From the NCBI GenBank assembly GCA_934162125.1, contig CAKPHU010000002.1:195616-259615 (forward strand): a stretch of DNA of 64,000 bases, in the 5' to 3' direction. The translations under genes and the position numbers were made by a program. The notes beneath the pieces were generated by a model. That model saw only the letters and a list, made by a program, of their open reading frames with translations, did not search any database and was not told where the DNA came from. This DNA is from an uncultured Bacilli bacterium (GTDB lineage: Bacteria > Bacillota_I > Bacilli_A > RF39 > UBA660). Shown piece by piece: positions 27,331 through 37,747 of this stretch (position 1 is its first letter; each line of letters begins with the position of its first letter).

Positions 27331-27930
27331 CTACTTAACTTCTTTACCACAATGTGTACAGAACTTAGCGTCACCTGTTATTTGTGTGCCACATTCAGCA
27401 CAGAATCTTTTAGCTTCTGTTGTATTTGTTGTACTAGCAGTACTATTTGTTGTATTAGTTGTAGTTTTACCACCAAAAGTTTTTTCAAAGAAGTCCCATA
27501 CTGGATCATTCATAGGAGTTGCTCCTACATATTCAGCGCTAGATAAACCTAAAATAGGCCAAAAGATAGGTCCAAGAAGTAATATTCCAACTCCAAAGCC
27601 ATCATCTTTACCAAAGCTTCTTGCTGTGCTAATTGAAAGTACTACTGCAAAGTAAATAGTTAAGAAACTAGCTAAAACTTGTCCAATAATTGGAATCAAA
27701 TTTAAAACAATTCCTCCACCATAAACAACTGCTACCCATAATGGATTAAGTCCTACTATCTTACATTGAACAATAACATTATAAATTGGAATAATAGCTT
27801 CCCAGCCACCTTTTCCAGCTTTCTTAAAAGCCTTCCATTGACCAATAATTTGAAGAATTCCAATAACAGCTATTATAAGACCAAAAGTTGCCATACTAGC
27901 TACTAAAAAAGCAACTACATCACTTTCCAT
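27331..27930 (-). CDS. polytopic membrane protein with T/N-rich linker and C-terminal zinc-ribbon
   Basis: 4 TM segments, ...GGKTTTNTTNSTASTTNTTEAKRFCAECGTQITGDAKFCTHCGKEVK (CxxC...CxxC). Confidence 0.6.
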   Translation of the reverse strand: MESDVVAFLVASMATFGLIIAVIGILQIIGQWKAFKKAGKGGWEAIIPIYNVIVQCKIVGLNPLWVAVVYGGGIVLNLIPIIGQVLASFLTIYFAVVLSISTARSFGKDDGFGVGILLLGPIFWPILGLSSAEYVGATPMNDPVWDFFEKTFGGKTTTNTTNSTASTTNTTEAKRFCAECGTQITGDAKFCTHCGKEVK

Positions 27931-27942
27931 AAACTCACCTCC

Positions 27943-29199
27943 TTACTTTTCTAAGAGCTTAGAAATAGCTCTTAATAATGCTAACTTACCATACTGATAA
28001 GTAAGGCCACCTTGCATATAAGCAATATATGGACTTCTTAATGGTCCATCACAAGAAATTTCAATTGAAGACCCTTGTGTAAAAGAACCACTTGCCATAA
28101 TAACTTGACTATCATAACCAGGCATATCACTAGGAATAGCTGCAACATTAGAATCAATTGCTGAAGCTTCCTGAATACCTTGGGTAAATTTAACTAACTT
28201 ATCACTATCATTAAAAATAATAGTTTGAACAATATCTACTCTTGGATCATTATATGCAGGTTCCACATCAAAGCCTAACTTTTTCATTACATAACTAGTT
28301 AATACTGCAGTCTTTAATGATGAAGCAACTGCATTTGGAGCCATATATAATCCTTGTAAAAATTGTTTATTTGCTCCCAAACTAGGTCCAACTTCCTTAC
28401 CACATCCAGGAACAGTTAATCTCTCAGCACATAAACTAACTAAATCCTTACGTCCTGCAATATAAGCTCCATTAGAAGCAATACCTCCACCTAAATTTTT
28501 AATTAAAGAACCAACTATTACATCAGCTCCCACTTCTAGTGGACTAACTTCTTCTACTAATTCACAGTAACAATTGTCGATCATTACAATAACATCATTA
28601 TCTACTTTTTTAATAAGTCTAATAACTTTTTCAATCTTAAAAATATCTAAAGCACTTCTCGTAGAATAACCTCTACTTCTTTGAATTTCAATAACACGAA
28701 CTTTATTATTCTCTAAATATTTTCTAATATCATCATAGCAAAAATCATTATTCTCTAATTCTATTTGATCATAAGAAACTCCATAACTCTTCAAAGAACT
28801 TGGATTATCTCTAATTCCAATTACTTCATCCAACGTATCATATGGTTTACCACTTATACTAAGTAGCCTATCACCTGGACGTAACAAAGCATTAAAACAA
28901 ACTGTTAAAGCATGACTACCAGAAATAAATTGATTTCTAACCAAAGCATCTTCTGCTCCCAAAACATCTCTAAAAACATCCTCAATTTTATCTCTTCCTA
29001 TATCATTATATCCATAACCAGTAGTTCCATTAAAATGACATTCACTAACATTATTTTTATGAAAACTAGTTAAAACTTTTAAACTGTTCTTCATAGCCAT
29101 ATCATCTATTTTTTCAAACTCTGCCCTAACTGCTTCTTCTGCTTCTCTAACAATACTAAGTGCTTCATCACTTATTCCTAATTCTTTATAATTATCCAT
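27943..29199 (-). CDS. PLP-dependent C-S lyase family protein (YnbB / methionine gamma-lyase-like)
   Basis: 418 aa; N-terminus MDNYKELGISDEALSIVREAEE... characteristic of YnbB family; PLP-fold class I architecture. Confidence 0.65.
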   Translation of the reverse strand: MDNYKELGISDEALSIVREAEEAVRAEFEKIDDMAMKNSLKVLTSFHKNNVSECHFNGTTGYGYNDIGRDKIEDVFRDVLGAEDALVRNQFISGSHALTVCFNALLRPGDRLLSISGKPYDTLDEVIGIRDNPSSLKSYGVSYDQIELENNDFCYDDIRKYLENNKVRVIEIQRSRGYSTRSALDIFKIEKVIRLIKKVDNDVIVMIDNCYCELVEEVSPLEVGADVIVGSLIKNLGGGIASNGAYIAGRKDLVSLCAERLTVPGCGKEVGPSLGANKQFLQGLYMAPNAVASSLKTAVLTSYVMKKLGFDVEPAYNDPRVDIVQTIIFNDSDKLVKFTQGIQEASAIDSNVAAIPSDMPGYDSQVIMASGSFTQGSSIEISCDGPLRSPYIAYMQGGLTYQYGKLALLRAISKLLEK

Positions 29200-29935
29200 T
29201 ATACTTTCCCCCGTCGACTCTTATTATAGCATCATTTATATAATTTGCTTTAGAACTTGCTAAAAAAACTATTATTTTCGCAATTTCATCAGCCTCTGCA
29301 AATCTACCAAGTAAAATCTTCTTTCTCTCTTCATTTATCTGTTCAATTGATAAATCCTTATTCATATCAGTCTTAACCCATCCAGGACAAACACAATTAA
29401 CATTTATAAAAGGTGCAAATTCTCTAGCCAAATTATGAGTTAAAGAAATAACTCCAGCTTTAGCTGCATCATAATCACAACTTTCTGGATAAAAAGTATC
29501 AATCGCATTAGTAGAACTAATATTAATAATCTTACCCTTCTTATTTTCCATCATAACTTTTCCTACATACTTACTACACAAATATGTACCAATTAAATTA
29601 ACATCCAAAATTCTCTTAAAATCTCTTACAGTCTTATCCATCAATAAAGTATCTCTACATACACTAGCATTATTTACTAATATATCTATCTTTCCAAAAT
29701 GATCAACAATCTCATTAACCATTTTTTCTACTTCTTCCTCTACACTAATATCACACTTAATACATAAAACTTGTACATCATAATTATCTAAAATATATTT
29801 TTTTAACTCAAGGGCTTCCTTCTCATGATGATAATAATTAATAATAACATCCAAGCCACTTTTAGCCATTTCTAAAACTGTACTCTTACCAATTCCTCTA
29901 CTACTTCCAGTAACTAAACACACTGCCTTACCCAT
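29192..29935 (-). CDS. short-chain dehydrogenase/reductase (FabG-like)
   Basis: TGSSRGIGKS cofactor motif, NNAS, Y-x3-K catalytic region; 247 aa. Confidence 0.85.
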   Translation of the reverse strand: MGKAVCLVTGSSRGIGKSTVLEMAKSGLDVIINYYHHEKEALELKKYILDNYDVQVLCIKCDISVEEEVEKMVNEIVDHFGKIDILVNNASVCRDTLLMDKTVRDFKRILDVNLIGTYLCSKYVGKVMMENKKGKIINISSTNAIDTFYPESCDYDAAKAGVISLTHNLAREFAPFINVNCVCPGWVKTDMNKDLSIEQINEERKKILLGRFAEADEIAKIIVFLASSKANYINDAIIRVDGGKYNG

Positions 29936-29939
29936 TCTA

Positions 29940-30371
29940 TCACTCCACTAAACTAAGATCTTCTAAAAAAGAATCTATCTCACTACTATTACTTATATTT
30001 TCTTTAAATAAAGAAACTTTTCCCTCATCAATATAAACAATAACTGGATACTCAATATCATCATAAAGACTAATTTCTTGTTTCAATATATCATATTGAT
30101 CCTTATTTTCTACATCAAAAAATACATAATCTAAATTTCTACTCTTAATATCTTTTTTTAAAGTTTGGCAATTACTACAATTCTTACTATCATATAAAAA
30201 CAAAACAAAACTATCTTGCCTTCTGATTCTATAATAAGCACTCTTAACATCATGCCTAAATCTATAACCAAAACAAAAAACAGCTGGTATAACTACTGCT
30301 ATACCTACTAAAAGACCAGTAATAATTCTCTTTTTTAAAGCAATTAAGTGTTCATCTTTGTCTCTTGTCAT
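29940..30371 (-). CDS. membrane-anchored thioredoxin-fold protein (CxxC)
   Basis: TM anchor then ...FVLFLYDSKNCSNCQTLK... thioredoxin-like. Confidence 0.45.
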   Translation of the reverse strand: MTRDKDEHLIALKKRIITGLLVGIAVVIPAVFCFGYRFRHDVKSAYYRIRRQDSFVLFLYDSKNCSNCQTLKKDIKSRNLDYVFFDVENKDQYDILKQEISLYDDIEYPVIVYIDEGKVSLFKENISNSSEIDSFLEDLSLVE

Positions 30372-30423
30372 AATTACCCTCCACCATAATTTTACTATAA
30401 TTTTAAACAGAAAAAAAGAGTTA

Positions 30424-33400
30424 TTAAACTCTTTCTACTTTGATACAAGCTTTTTCATCATTAAGTTCACACTCATCTGTCAAGCTTTCATCTTCTATTA
30501 ATTCATCTCCTAATACTTCACCCATAACATAGTCTCTATATTTATCAAACATCTCATGAACAGCTTTAGTACCTTTATAATAAACTTTAATATGATCAGT
30601 TATTACAAAGTCAGCATCTTTTCTTAAACTTTGTACTTTACGAACAAATTCACGAGCAAGACCTTCTAATATTAAATCTTCTGTAAGCTCAGTATTTAAA
30701 ACTACACAAGTCTTATTATTACTTGTAGAAGCATATCCCTCTTTTTGTTTAAGACTAACTAATACCATTTCATTAGTAAGTTCAAAGTCCTCATCACCAA
30801 GTTTAATTGTAATAGAACCCTTTTCGGTAAGTTTTGTTACTTCATTACTACTTAATTTAGCAAGTGCTTCTTGTAATAACTTAATTTTTGGTCCTAATGT
30901 TTTACCAAGAACTTTAAAGTTAGGTTTAACAATATATTCAAGATATTCACTCATATCATCTTTAAATTCAACTTTCTTAACATTTAATTCTTCTGTAATG
31001 ATAGGAAGTAAATCTCCAATAATCATTTCATCACTCTTAGGTAAAATTAAACTACTAATAGGTTGACGTACTTTAATATTAGCTTCTTCTCTAGCAAATC
31101 TACCTAATGAGCAAACATCTCTTACTAAATCCATTCTTTCTTCAACACTACTATCAACTAAATCAGTATTTTCAACTGGGAAGTCTTCTAAATGAACTGA
31201 TTCTTTTCCAGTTAATTTTGTAAATATTTCTTCTGTAATGAATGGAGTCATTGGTGCACATAATTTGCAAAGAGCAACTAAAACTTCATAAGTAGTTAAA
31301 TAAACAGCTTTCTTAGACTCAGTTAACTCACTATCCCAGAAACGTCTTCTATTACTACGGATATACCAGTTAGATAAATCATCGTTTAAGAATGGAACAA
31401 TAGCACGAGCTGCTTTATTTAAATCATACTCTTGATATGCTTCATTAACTTTCTCAATTAAATCATTTAATTTAGAAATTAACCATCTATCAATTAATTC
31501 ACGATCTTTAACTGGAATATTATATTCTCTTGGATCAATATTATCTGCATTAGCATACATTTCAAAGAATGAATAAGCATTTTTAAATGTTGAAATATAT
31601 TTAGAATAAATTTCTTTTAAGCCATCTTCATCAAATTTTAATGGAGTCCAAACTGGTGAAGCATATAACATATAGAATCTAACTGTATCTGCTCCATACT
31701 TCTCCATAACTTCAAATGGACTAATTGCATTTCCTCTTGATTTATGCATCTTTTGACCATATTTATCTAGTAATAAGTCATTAACTAAAACATTCTTATA
31801 AGGAGTTTGACCAGTAACAAATACACTAACAACAAGTAATGAATAGAACCATCCTCTTGTTTGATCAATTCCTTCACAAATAAAGTCTGCTGGATATTGT
31901 GATTCCCATAACTCTTTATTTTCAAATGGATAATGATATTGAGCAAATGGCATAGAACCAGAGTCAAACCAACAATCGATAACATCTTTAACACGATGCA
32001 TTAACTCTCCACATTCTGGACATTTAATATGAATATCATCAACATATGGTCTATGTAATTCAATATCTTCAGTAATATCTTCTACTGCCTTCTCACATAA
32101 TTCTTTACGTGATCCTATCATTTCCTGATGACCACAACTACATTTCCATAATGGAATTGGTGTACCCCAATATCTATCACGAGAAATAGCCCAATCCACC
32201 ATATTCTCTAACCAGTTACCAAATCTCTTTTCACCAACAAATTCTGGATGCCAACAAACTTTATTATTTTGTTCAATAATTTCATCTTTCTTAGCTGTTG
32301 TCTTAATATATAAAGATGGTTTTGAATAATAAACAAGTGGTGTTTTACATCTCCAACAATGTGGATAATCATGGTTCATCTTTTGTTTCTTAAATAATTT
32401 ATCTTCATGAGCTAAATACTTAACAATTTCAAGTTCAAGTTCAGGATCAACAACAAGTCTTCCCTTCCATGGACCTTCAGTATAGCAACCATCTTCTCCT
32501 ACTGGATTAAGCATTGCTAAATTATATTTTAAACCAACTTCATAGTCATCTTGTCCAAAAGCAGGAGCTATATGAACAACACCAGTACCATCTTCCATAG
32601 TAACATAATCAGCACATGTTACAACAAATGCTTTCTTATCTTTTGGTACTTCTAACATTGGAAGTAATTGTTCATACTCACGTCCCTCTAAATCACGTCC
32701 CTTATATCTTTCAACTACTTCATAACCTTCTCCAAGAACTTTATCAACTAACTTTTCAGCTAAAATAAAATTATATCCCTTAGATAAACACTTAACATAA
32801 TCTTCTTCTGGATTAACACAAAGAGCACTATTAGCAAGCAAAGTCCAAGGAGTAGTAGTCCATACTAAATAATATGTATTATCTTGATCCTTAGCTTTAA
32901 AAGGTACAAATACTGTATTAACACTAATCTCTTTATATCCTTGAGCAACTTCATGAGATGCAAGACCAGTTCCACATCTAGGACACCATGGTACAATCTT
33001 TAATCCTTCATAGATGTATCCCTCATCAAACATCTTCTTTAGAATCCACCATTCAGTTTCAATATAATTATTATCATATGTAACATATGGATGTTTTAAA
33101 TCAATAAATTGTCCCATTTCTCTTGTGAATTTAGAGAATGACTTTTCATTACTCCAAACACTCTCACGACATTTTTGATTAAATTCTTTAATTCCATATT
33201 TTTCAATATCACTTTTACCAGAAAAACCTAATTCTTTTTCTACTTGTACTTCTACTGGTAAACCATGAGTATCCCATCCTACTTTTCTAAGAACGCGATA
33301 TCCTTGCATTGCTTTATACTTACATACTGTATCTTTTAATAATTTAGCAAGCATGTGATGAATACCAGGCATTCCATTTGCTGTTGCAGGTCCATCATAG

Positions 33401-33528
33401 AAAACAAAATCATCATGGCCTTTTCTATTTTCAATTGTTTTTTCTAAGATATCCATTTCATCCCATTTTTGTGAATATCTTGTTTCAACTTCATTAATTG
33501 TTCCTTGTTCTAATTTTTCAAACTTCAT
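30424..33528 (-). CDS. ileS: isoleucyl-tRNA synthetase
   Basis: 1034 aa; HIGH-region PATANGMPGIHHMLAKLLKD, KMHKSRGN (KMSKS), class I editing aaRS size and layout; divIVA...ileS neighbourhood. Confidence 0.95.
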   Translation of the reverse strand: MKFEKLEQGTINEVETRYSQKWDEMDILEKTIENRKGHDDFVFYDGPATANGMPGIHHMLAKLLKDTVCKYKAMQGYRVLRKVGWDTHGLPVEVQVEKELGFSGKSDIEKYGIKEFNQKCRESVWSNEKSFSKFTREMGQFIDLKHPYVTYDNNYIETEWWILKKMFDEGYIYEGLKIVPWCPRCGTGLASHEVAQGYKEISVNTVFVPFKAKDQDNTYYLVWTTTPWTLLANSALCVNPEEDYVKCLSKGYNFILAEKLVDKVLGEGYEVVERYKGRDLEGREYEQLLPMLEVPKDKKAFVVTCADYVTMEDGTGVVHIAPAFGQDDYEVGLKYNLAMLNPVGEDGCYTEGPWKGRLVVDPELELEIVKYLAHEDKLFKKQKMNHDYPHCWRCKTPLVYYSKPSLYIKTTAKKDEIIEQNNKVCWHPEFVGEKRFGNWLENMVDWAISRDRYWGTPIPLWKCSCGHQEMIGSRKELCEKAVEDITEDIELHRPYVDDIHIKCPECGELMHRVKDVIDCWFDSGSMPFAQYHYPFENKELWESQYPADFICEGIDQTRGWFYSLLVVSVFVTGQTPYKNVLVNDLLLDKYGQKMHKSRGNAISPFEVMEKYGADTVRFYMLYASPVWTPLKFDEDGLKEIYSKYISTFKNAYSFFEMYANADNIDPREYNIPVKDRELIDRWLISKLNDLIEKVNEAYQEYDLNKAARAIVPFLNDDLSNWYIRSNRRRFWDSELTESKKAVYLTTYEVLVALCKLCAPMTPFITEEIFTKLTGKESVHLEDFPVENTDLVDSSVEERMDLVRDVCSLGRFAREEANIKVRQPISSLILPKSDEMIIGDLLPIITEELNVKKVEFKDDMSEYLEYIVKPNFKVLGKTLGPKIKLLQEALAKLSSNEVTKLTEKGSITIKLGDEDFELTNEMVLVSLKQKEGYASTSNNKTCVVLNTELTEDLILEGLAREFVRKVQSLRKDADFVITDHIKVYYKGTKAVHEMFDKYRDYVMGEVLGDELIEDESLTDECELNDEKACIKVERV

Positions 33529-33540
33529 ACTTACTTCCTC

Positions 33541-34491
33541 CTAACCAAACATAACATAACCATAGTAGACTACAAATACTAATAAGAAACATATTCCTTC
33601 ACGTCTACTAATTTTATAATCATTTCTTGAAAATACAAACAACATTAAAGCTGTCGCTATCATTACTATTAAATCAACATAACTAAATGCTATTGTACCA
33701 ATACCACCAAGTAACGCAACTGGTAAACCAATAACTATACCTATGTTAAAGATATTACTACCAACTACATTTCCTATCGCAATATCGTATTCTCCTTTTT
33801 TAGTTGCTGTAACTGATGTTACTAATTCTGGTAAACTAGTTCCAAGAGCTATAATTGTCAAACTAATTATTCTTTCACTAATTCCAATTGCTTTTGCTAA
33901 AGCTGATGCAGAATCAACTACAAAGTTACTACCTATTATAATTGATATAAGTCCAACTAAAGTAAACATAATAGCTTTAAATAATGGCATTACTTCCTTA
34001 TCTTTTTCTTCTTCTACTTTATTACGCATCAACGTAATTAAATAATATATAAATACTAAAAAGAAAAGTATTAAGACAATTCCATCTCCTCTAGTAAAAC
34101 TATTAGTAAGTTTCTTATCAAATATATTATCTGATAACAATACTGCAAATAAACTTGTAATTAATAAAGTAATTGGTAATTCTTTCTTTACTGTATTATT
34201 TTTAACTACTAGTGGATGAATAATTGCTGAAACACCTAAGATAAGTAAAATATTTAAAATATTACTACCTATAACATTACCAAGTACTATATCTCCTGAA
34301 TTAGAAAGCAATCCTTTAACACTAACTGCAAATTCAGGAGCACTAGTTCCAAATGCTACAATTGTAAGACCAATTAACATTTTAGAAACCTTAAAATTTA
34401 ATGCCACATTTGATGCTCCATCTACAAACAGATCTGCACCCTTAATTAGTACTACAAAACCTACTACTAATAAAATAATATCTACTAACAT
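33541..34491 (-). CDS. Na+/Ca2+ exchanger family (CaCA, YrbG-like) membrane protein
   Basis: Two alpha-repeats GNVIGSNILNILLILG and GNVVGSNIFNIGIVIG; start moved to MLVDIILL after GAGAGGAGG RBS. Confidence 0.85.
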   Translation of the reverse strand: MLVDIILLVVGFVVLIKGADLFVDGASNVALNFKVSKMLIGLTIVAFGTSAPEFAVSVKGLLSNSGDIVLGNVIGSNILNILLILGVSAIIHPLVVKNNTVKKELPITLLITSLFAVLLSDNIFDKKLTNSFTRGDGIVLILFFLVFIYYLITLMRNKVEEEKDKEVMPLFKAIMFTLVGLISIIIGSNFVVDSASALAKAIGISERIISLTIIALGTSLPELVTSVTATKKGEYDIAIGNVVGSNIFNIGIVIGLPVALLGGIGTIAFSYVDLIVMIATALMLFVFSRNDYKISRREGICFLLVFVVYYGYVMFG

Positions 34492-34506
34492 AAATCCTCC
34501 TCTCAA

Positions 34507-34716
34507 AAATAAAAAAACTACTCATCCAATAAGGACGAATAGTTCGTGGTACCACCTTAATTCACCAATTTAAAAATCAGTGCACTTGATACTATAACGC
34601 GTTACCGTATTTATCTTATCCATAAATCGCAACTTGAAAGTGATCTAAATATTAACTTCAAACTCATTTTCACCTAACCATGAGCTCTCTACCTATCCAT
34701 TAATATTTCGTCTTTC
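34507..34716 (-). promoter_or_regulatory. putative T-box riboswitch leader preceding CaCA-ileS
   Basis: Minus strand AATTAAGGTGGTACCACG (T-box consensus) at 34545-34562, AGAGA box in GGTAGAGAGCTC, F-box-like GCGTTA, followed by GGATGAG + T7; ~210-nt leader as typical for aaRS T-boxes. Confidence 0.55.
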
Positions 34717-34734
34717 GCTCTTGCTTTCCAAATC

Positions 34735-34763
34735 ACTATAACACATTTTATAAAAGTTGACAA
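34735..34763 (-). promoter_or_regulatory. promoter for T-box-CaCA-ileS transcript (TTGTCA-17-TATAGT)
   Basis: Minus strand TTGTCAacttttataaaatgtgtTATAGT immediately upstream of the leader. Confidence 0.45.
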
Positions 34764-34781
34764 CCACTTTTTTCTGACATT

Positions 34782-35186
34782 TTATCTAATCTTACTTAAG
34801 TCACCATTTATAACAACTGGATTAAATCCAATAATTTCATCTTTTAATAATCCCTCTGGAATATCATTAATCATATAGATTTTCTTTTCTAATCTAAAAG
34901 CATCATACATCTCTAAAAATGTTGCTCCTCCAATATAATTATCTACTCCATTTTTTGTATAGTTAAGAACCAAAACTGCATCAACCTTAGAAATAACTTC
35001 TTCACTATGCTTAATCATGCTAGCCTTCCATCTACCATGTTCACTAGTACCTCTAAACTTAGCTTCGGTCTCCGGATGATCATAACAATTAGGTAAAGTT
35101 ATAATATGACCAGCACCCTCTAAATAATCTTTTATCTCAGGAATTCTATCATAAAAAGCCTTACTACAAATAATAAATATCTTCAT
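34782..35186 (-). CDS. hypothetical protein (Rossmann-like; possibly nucleoside 2-deoxyribosyltransferase-like)
   Basis: 134 aa, MKIFIICSKAFYDRIPEIKDYLEGAGHII...; assignment weak. Confidence 0.45.
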   Translation of the reverse strand: MKIFIICSKAFYDRIPEIKDYLEGAGHIITLPNCYDHPETEAKFRGTSEHGRWKASMIKHSEEVISKVDAVLVLNYTKNGVDNYIGGATFLEMYDAFRLEKKIYMINDIPEGLLKDEIIGFNPVVINGDLSKIR

Positions 35187-35262
35187 ACTTAATCACCACT
35201 TAAATAGTATCATAAACAAAAAAGAGACTCAAGTCAAATACTTAAATCCCTAATTACAATAT

Positions 35263-36639
35263 TTATCCAATTCTAAAAGCTGGTGAAACACCAATTTTAC
35301 TATTAGCACGTTCGTTATACCAGTTACCCTTATCAGTTACATAACAGAAACGAATATCACCATGAGAATAAACAGCACGGAGCCACCACCATGAACTTGA
35401 ACCATTTAGTTGTTTAATAGCCTTAGAAAAACTATTTGTTGTAACTCCTGTATAATAATCTAACTGTCTAGTGTTATCTCTTGCTGTATCATACTCAATA
35501 ATATTTGATGTTCCTTGTGCCCATATTTCGGCAGTAGACAATAAATACAATTTATCTATTGAAGTAAAATTAGCTGAATCATTACCTCCATGTCCTGATA
35601 CTGCTTTTGTATCTATTATGATACTTTGTAAATTTGATGGTAAAGCATTATAAACATCACTATTTAAGTATGATCTCATAGTAGTTACTGGCCAACCCCC
35701 ATCGCTTGTCTCAATAGAATTCATATTATACTTCGTAATTATATCTGCAAATTCTAATACAAAGCCACAGGCTGTTTGAGAAAAACCTTCTTGACTACAT
35801 TCTGCTGGAGTTGAAGTATTTGCTATTCGTAGTGTATGCTTTCCTAGACTACCCAAGTCAACTTCTTTAGTATCACCAACAGTATATATTCCATTATATG
35901 CACCACTCTTTACAGCTGCCCCTATAGTTGACCAATCATCTTCCGCAAAACTTTTAGGTGTAACCTCTTCTGAACCATTTACTTGTGCAGAACTTGTCTC
36001 ATCTATACATAAGCCAGTTATATTTTTTACAGGTCCTACATTTGTACATTTATAAATTCTAGAATTTCCAGAAGTAACAGCTGAACAATCTAAACTGCCA
36101 TTATCTAACGTTAATTCTACTTTTTTCTTGTCTGTATCTGATATATCTACCTTAACATTACCTCTTTTTAAATCATCAGATGAAATAGTATTATCATCTA
36201 ACACTGCATGAACTCCATCACTTAAACCTACATAAAAAGTAGTCTTTCTTTGCGGTTCACCATTATTATCAATTATTGTCTCAACATGAACTCTTACATA
36301 ACCGTTTACATCTCTATTTCCCCACGAAGACTTCCCACCTTGACCAATTAATTCTGGCAAACTAGATCTAGCAGAATCTTTTGTATTGATCAAAATATAA
36401 TAATCTCCATCATCAACAGCAGTAGCACTCATGCCTTCACAAGTCAAAGAATCAGCTGTCCACAATGCCTTTGCAGCATTTGCATAGGATCTCGCTGTAT
36501 TTACAAAAGAATCTTTTCTAACGTTTTCAATTATTCTACTAACTGCAGGTATCGCAATCATCATTAAGATTCCCATTATAACTATAACTGCCAACAACTC
36601 AACCAAAGTAAACCCTTTTCTATTTTTCATATTATACAC
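35263..36639 (-). CDS. type IV pilin-like protein with prepilin N-terminal cleavage/methylation motif and large C-terminal domain
   Basis: N-terminus KGFTLVELLAVIVIMGILMMIAIPA (class III signal peptide, G-1/F+1/E+5); 458 aa, Cys-containing extracellular domain ending ...SSSWWWLRAVYSHGD...GVSPAFRIG. Confidence 0.8.
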   Translation of the reverse strand: MYNMKNRKGFTLVELLAVIVIMGILMMIAIPAVSRIIENVRKDSFVNTARSYANAAKALWTADSLTCEGMSATAVDDGDYYILINTKDSARSSLPELIGQGGKSSWGNRDVNGYVRVHVETIIDNNGEPQRKTTFYVGLSDGVHAVLDDNTISSDDLKRGNVKVDISDTDKKKVELTLDNGSLDCSAVTSGNSRIYKCTNVGPVKNITGLCIDETSSAQVNGSEEVTPKSFAEDDWSTIGAAVKSGAYNGIYTVGDTKEVDLGSLGKHTLRIANTSTPAECSQEGFSQTACGFVLEFADIITKYNMNSIETSDGGWPVTTMRSYLNSDVYNALPSNLQSIIIDTKAVSGHGGNDSANFTSIDKLYLLSTAEIWAQGTSNIIEYDTARDNTRQLDYYTGVTTNSFSKAIKQLNGSSSWWWLRAVYSHGDIRFCYVTDKGNWYNERANSKIGVSPAFRIG

Positions 36640-36731
36640 TTCTCCTACCTTACTATTACCTTAATTCTAACATACAAAATATAAAATTAAAATTCCCTAT
36701 ACACAAAAAAATCAAGTTCATTCTGTAAAAC

Positions 36732-37205
36732 TTAATTTTCTTCTTCAACTTTCTTATTATCTCCGGGATTTAACTCTAAATTATCAATTTCTTCCACAAC
36801 AGCCATCTGCTGTTCCATAATAATTTTTAGTTTTCTCTTAAAAATCTTAATATTTTTTTCTAAAAGATCGGCATTATTTTCTATTCTTTCAGCTCTAAGA
36901 AGTGCTTCATTTACAATTCTACTCGCATTATTCTTAGCTTCTTCTACTATTACCTTAGCCTCATTTCTCGCTACATCTTTGATATTATCTCCAACCTCTT
37001 CTGCTCGAACTACTGTAATCTTTAAAGCCTCTTCCATTCTTTTATAATGCTCTATTTCATTCTTTAGCCTATCTATTTCTTCTCCCTGTTGCCTACATCT
37101 AGTAATAATGCTTTCTGTCTGAGTGATCACATCACTTATAAACTGATTTACTTCACTACGTTTATACCCATTAGGCTCATAATTAAATTTTTCCACTATG
37201 ATCAC
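36732..37205 (-). CDS. divIVA: DivIVA domain cell-division protein
   Basis: GYKRSEVNQFISDV N-terminal DivIVA motif, coiled-coil; 157 aa; follows sepF. Confidence 0.8.
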   Translation of the reverse strand: MIIVEKFNYEPNGYKRSEVNQFISDVITQTESIITRCRQQGEEIDRLKNEIEHYKRMEEALKITVVRAEEVGDNIKDVARNEAKVIVEEAKNNASRIVNEALLRAERIENNADLLEKNIKIFKRKLKIIMEQQMAVVEEIDNLELNPGDNKKVEEEN

Positions 37206-37224
37206 CCCAGAAAAAATCTACTCT

Positions 37225-37686
37225 TTAAAAGAAATCGTCTTCATCACTATCTTCTTTATCTTTTTTAGCCTTTACACTTTTATTAGCACTAGGAGCATTA
37301 TTTGCTTCTTCACTAATCTTACCAGCAACTTTAACATTATTAGGAGTACATAAGAAAATACCTCCTCCTAATTTTTGTAATTCTCCACCAATCGCATAAA
37401 TAGTACCTGATAAGAAATCAACTATTCTCTTTGCTTGATCTGGTGTTACTCTTTTTAAATTAACCACAACGGCACTACGCTGTTTTAAATAATCTGCTAT
37501 TTGTTGACTTTCAGAATATGCTCTAGGTTCTAAAAGCATCATTTTACTATTAGCCATACCATTCTCAACATGATACTCTTCTTTAGATACAGAATAAAAC
37601 TCCTCTTCTGGTGTTACTTCTTCTTCATTATCTCCATCAGACCATATCTTTTTTAATTTACTTAAAGCCATAAATATAACCTCCAT
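37225..37686 (-). CDS. sepF: cell division protein SepF
   Basis: ...[67 protein letters not shown] near-identical in pattern to B. subtilis SepF core. Confidence 0.85.
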   Translation of the reverse strand: MEVIFMALSKLKKIWSDGDNEEEVTPEEEFYSVSKEEYHVENGMANSKMMLLEPRAYSESQQIADYLKQRSAVVVNLKRVTPDQAKRIVDFLSGTIYAIGGELQKLGGGIFLCTPNNVKVAGKISEEANNAPSANKSVKAKKDKEDSDEDDFF

Positions 37687-37747
37687 TATAATATGTTATA
37701 TACAACACAATTCTATCACAAAACTAGAAAAAGACCAACTCTTTCTT

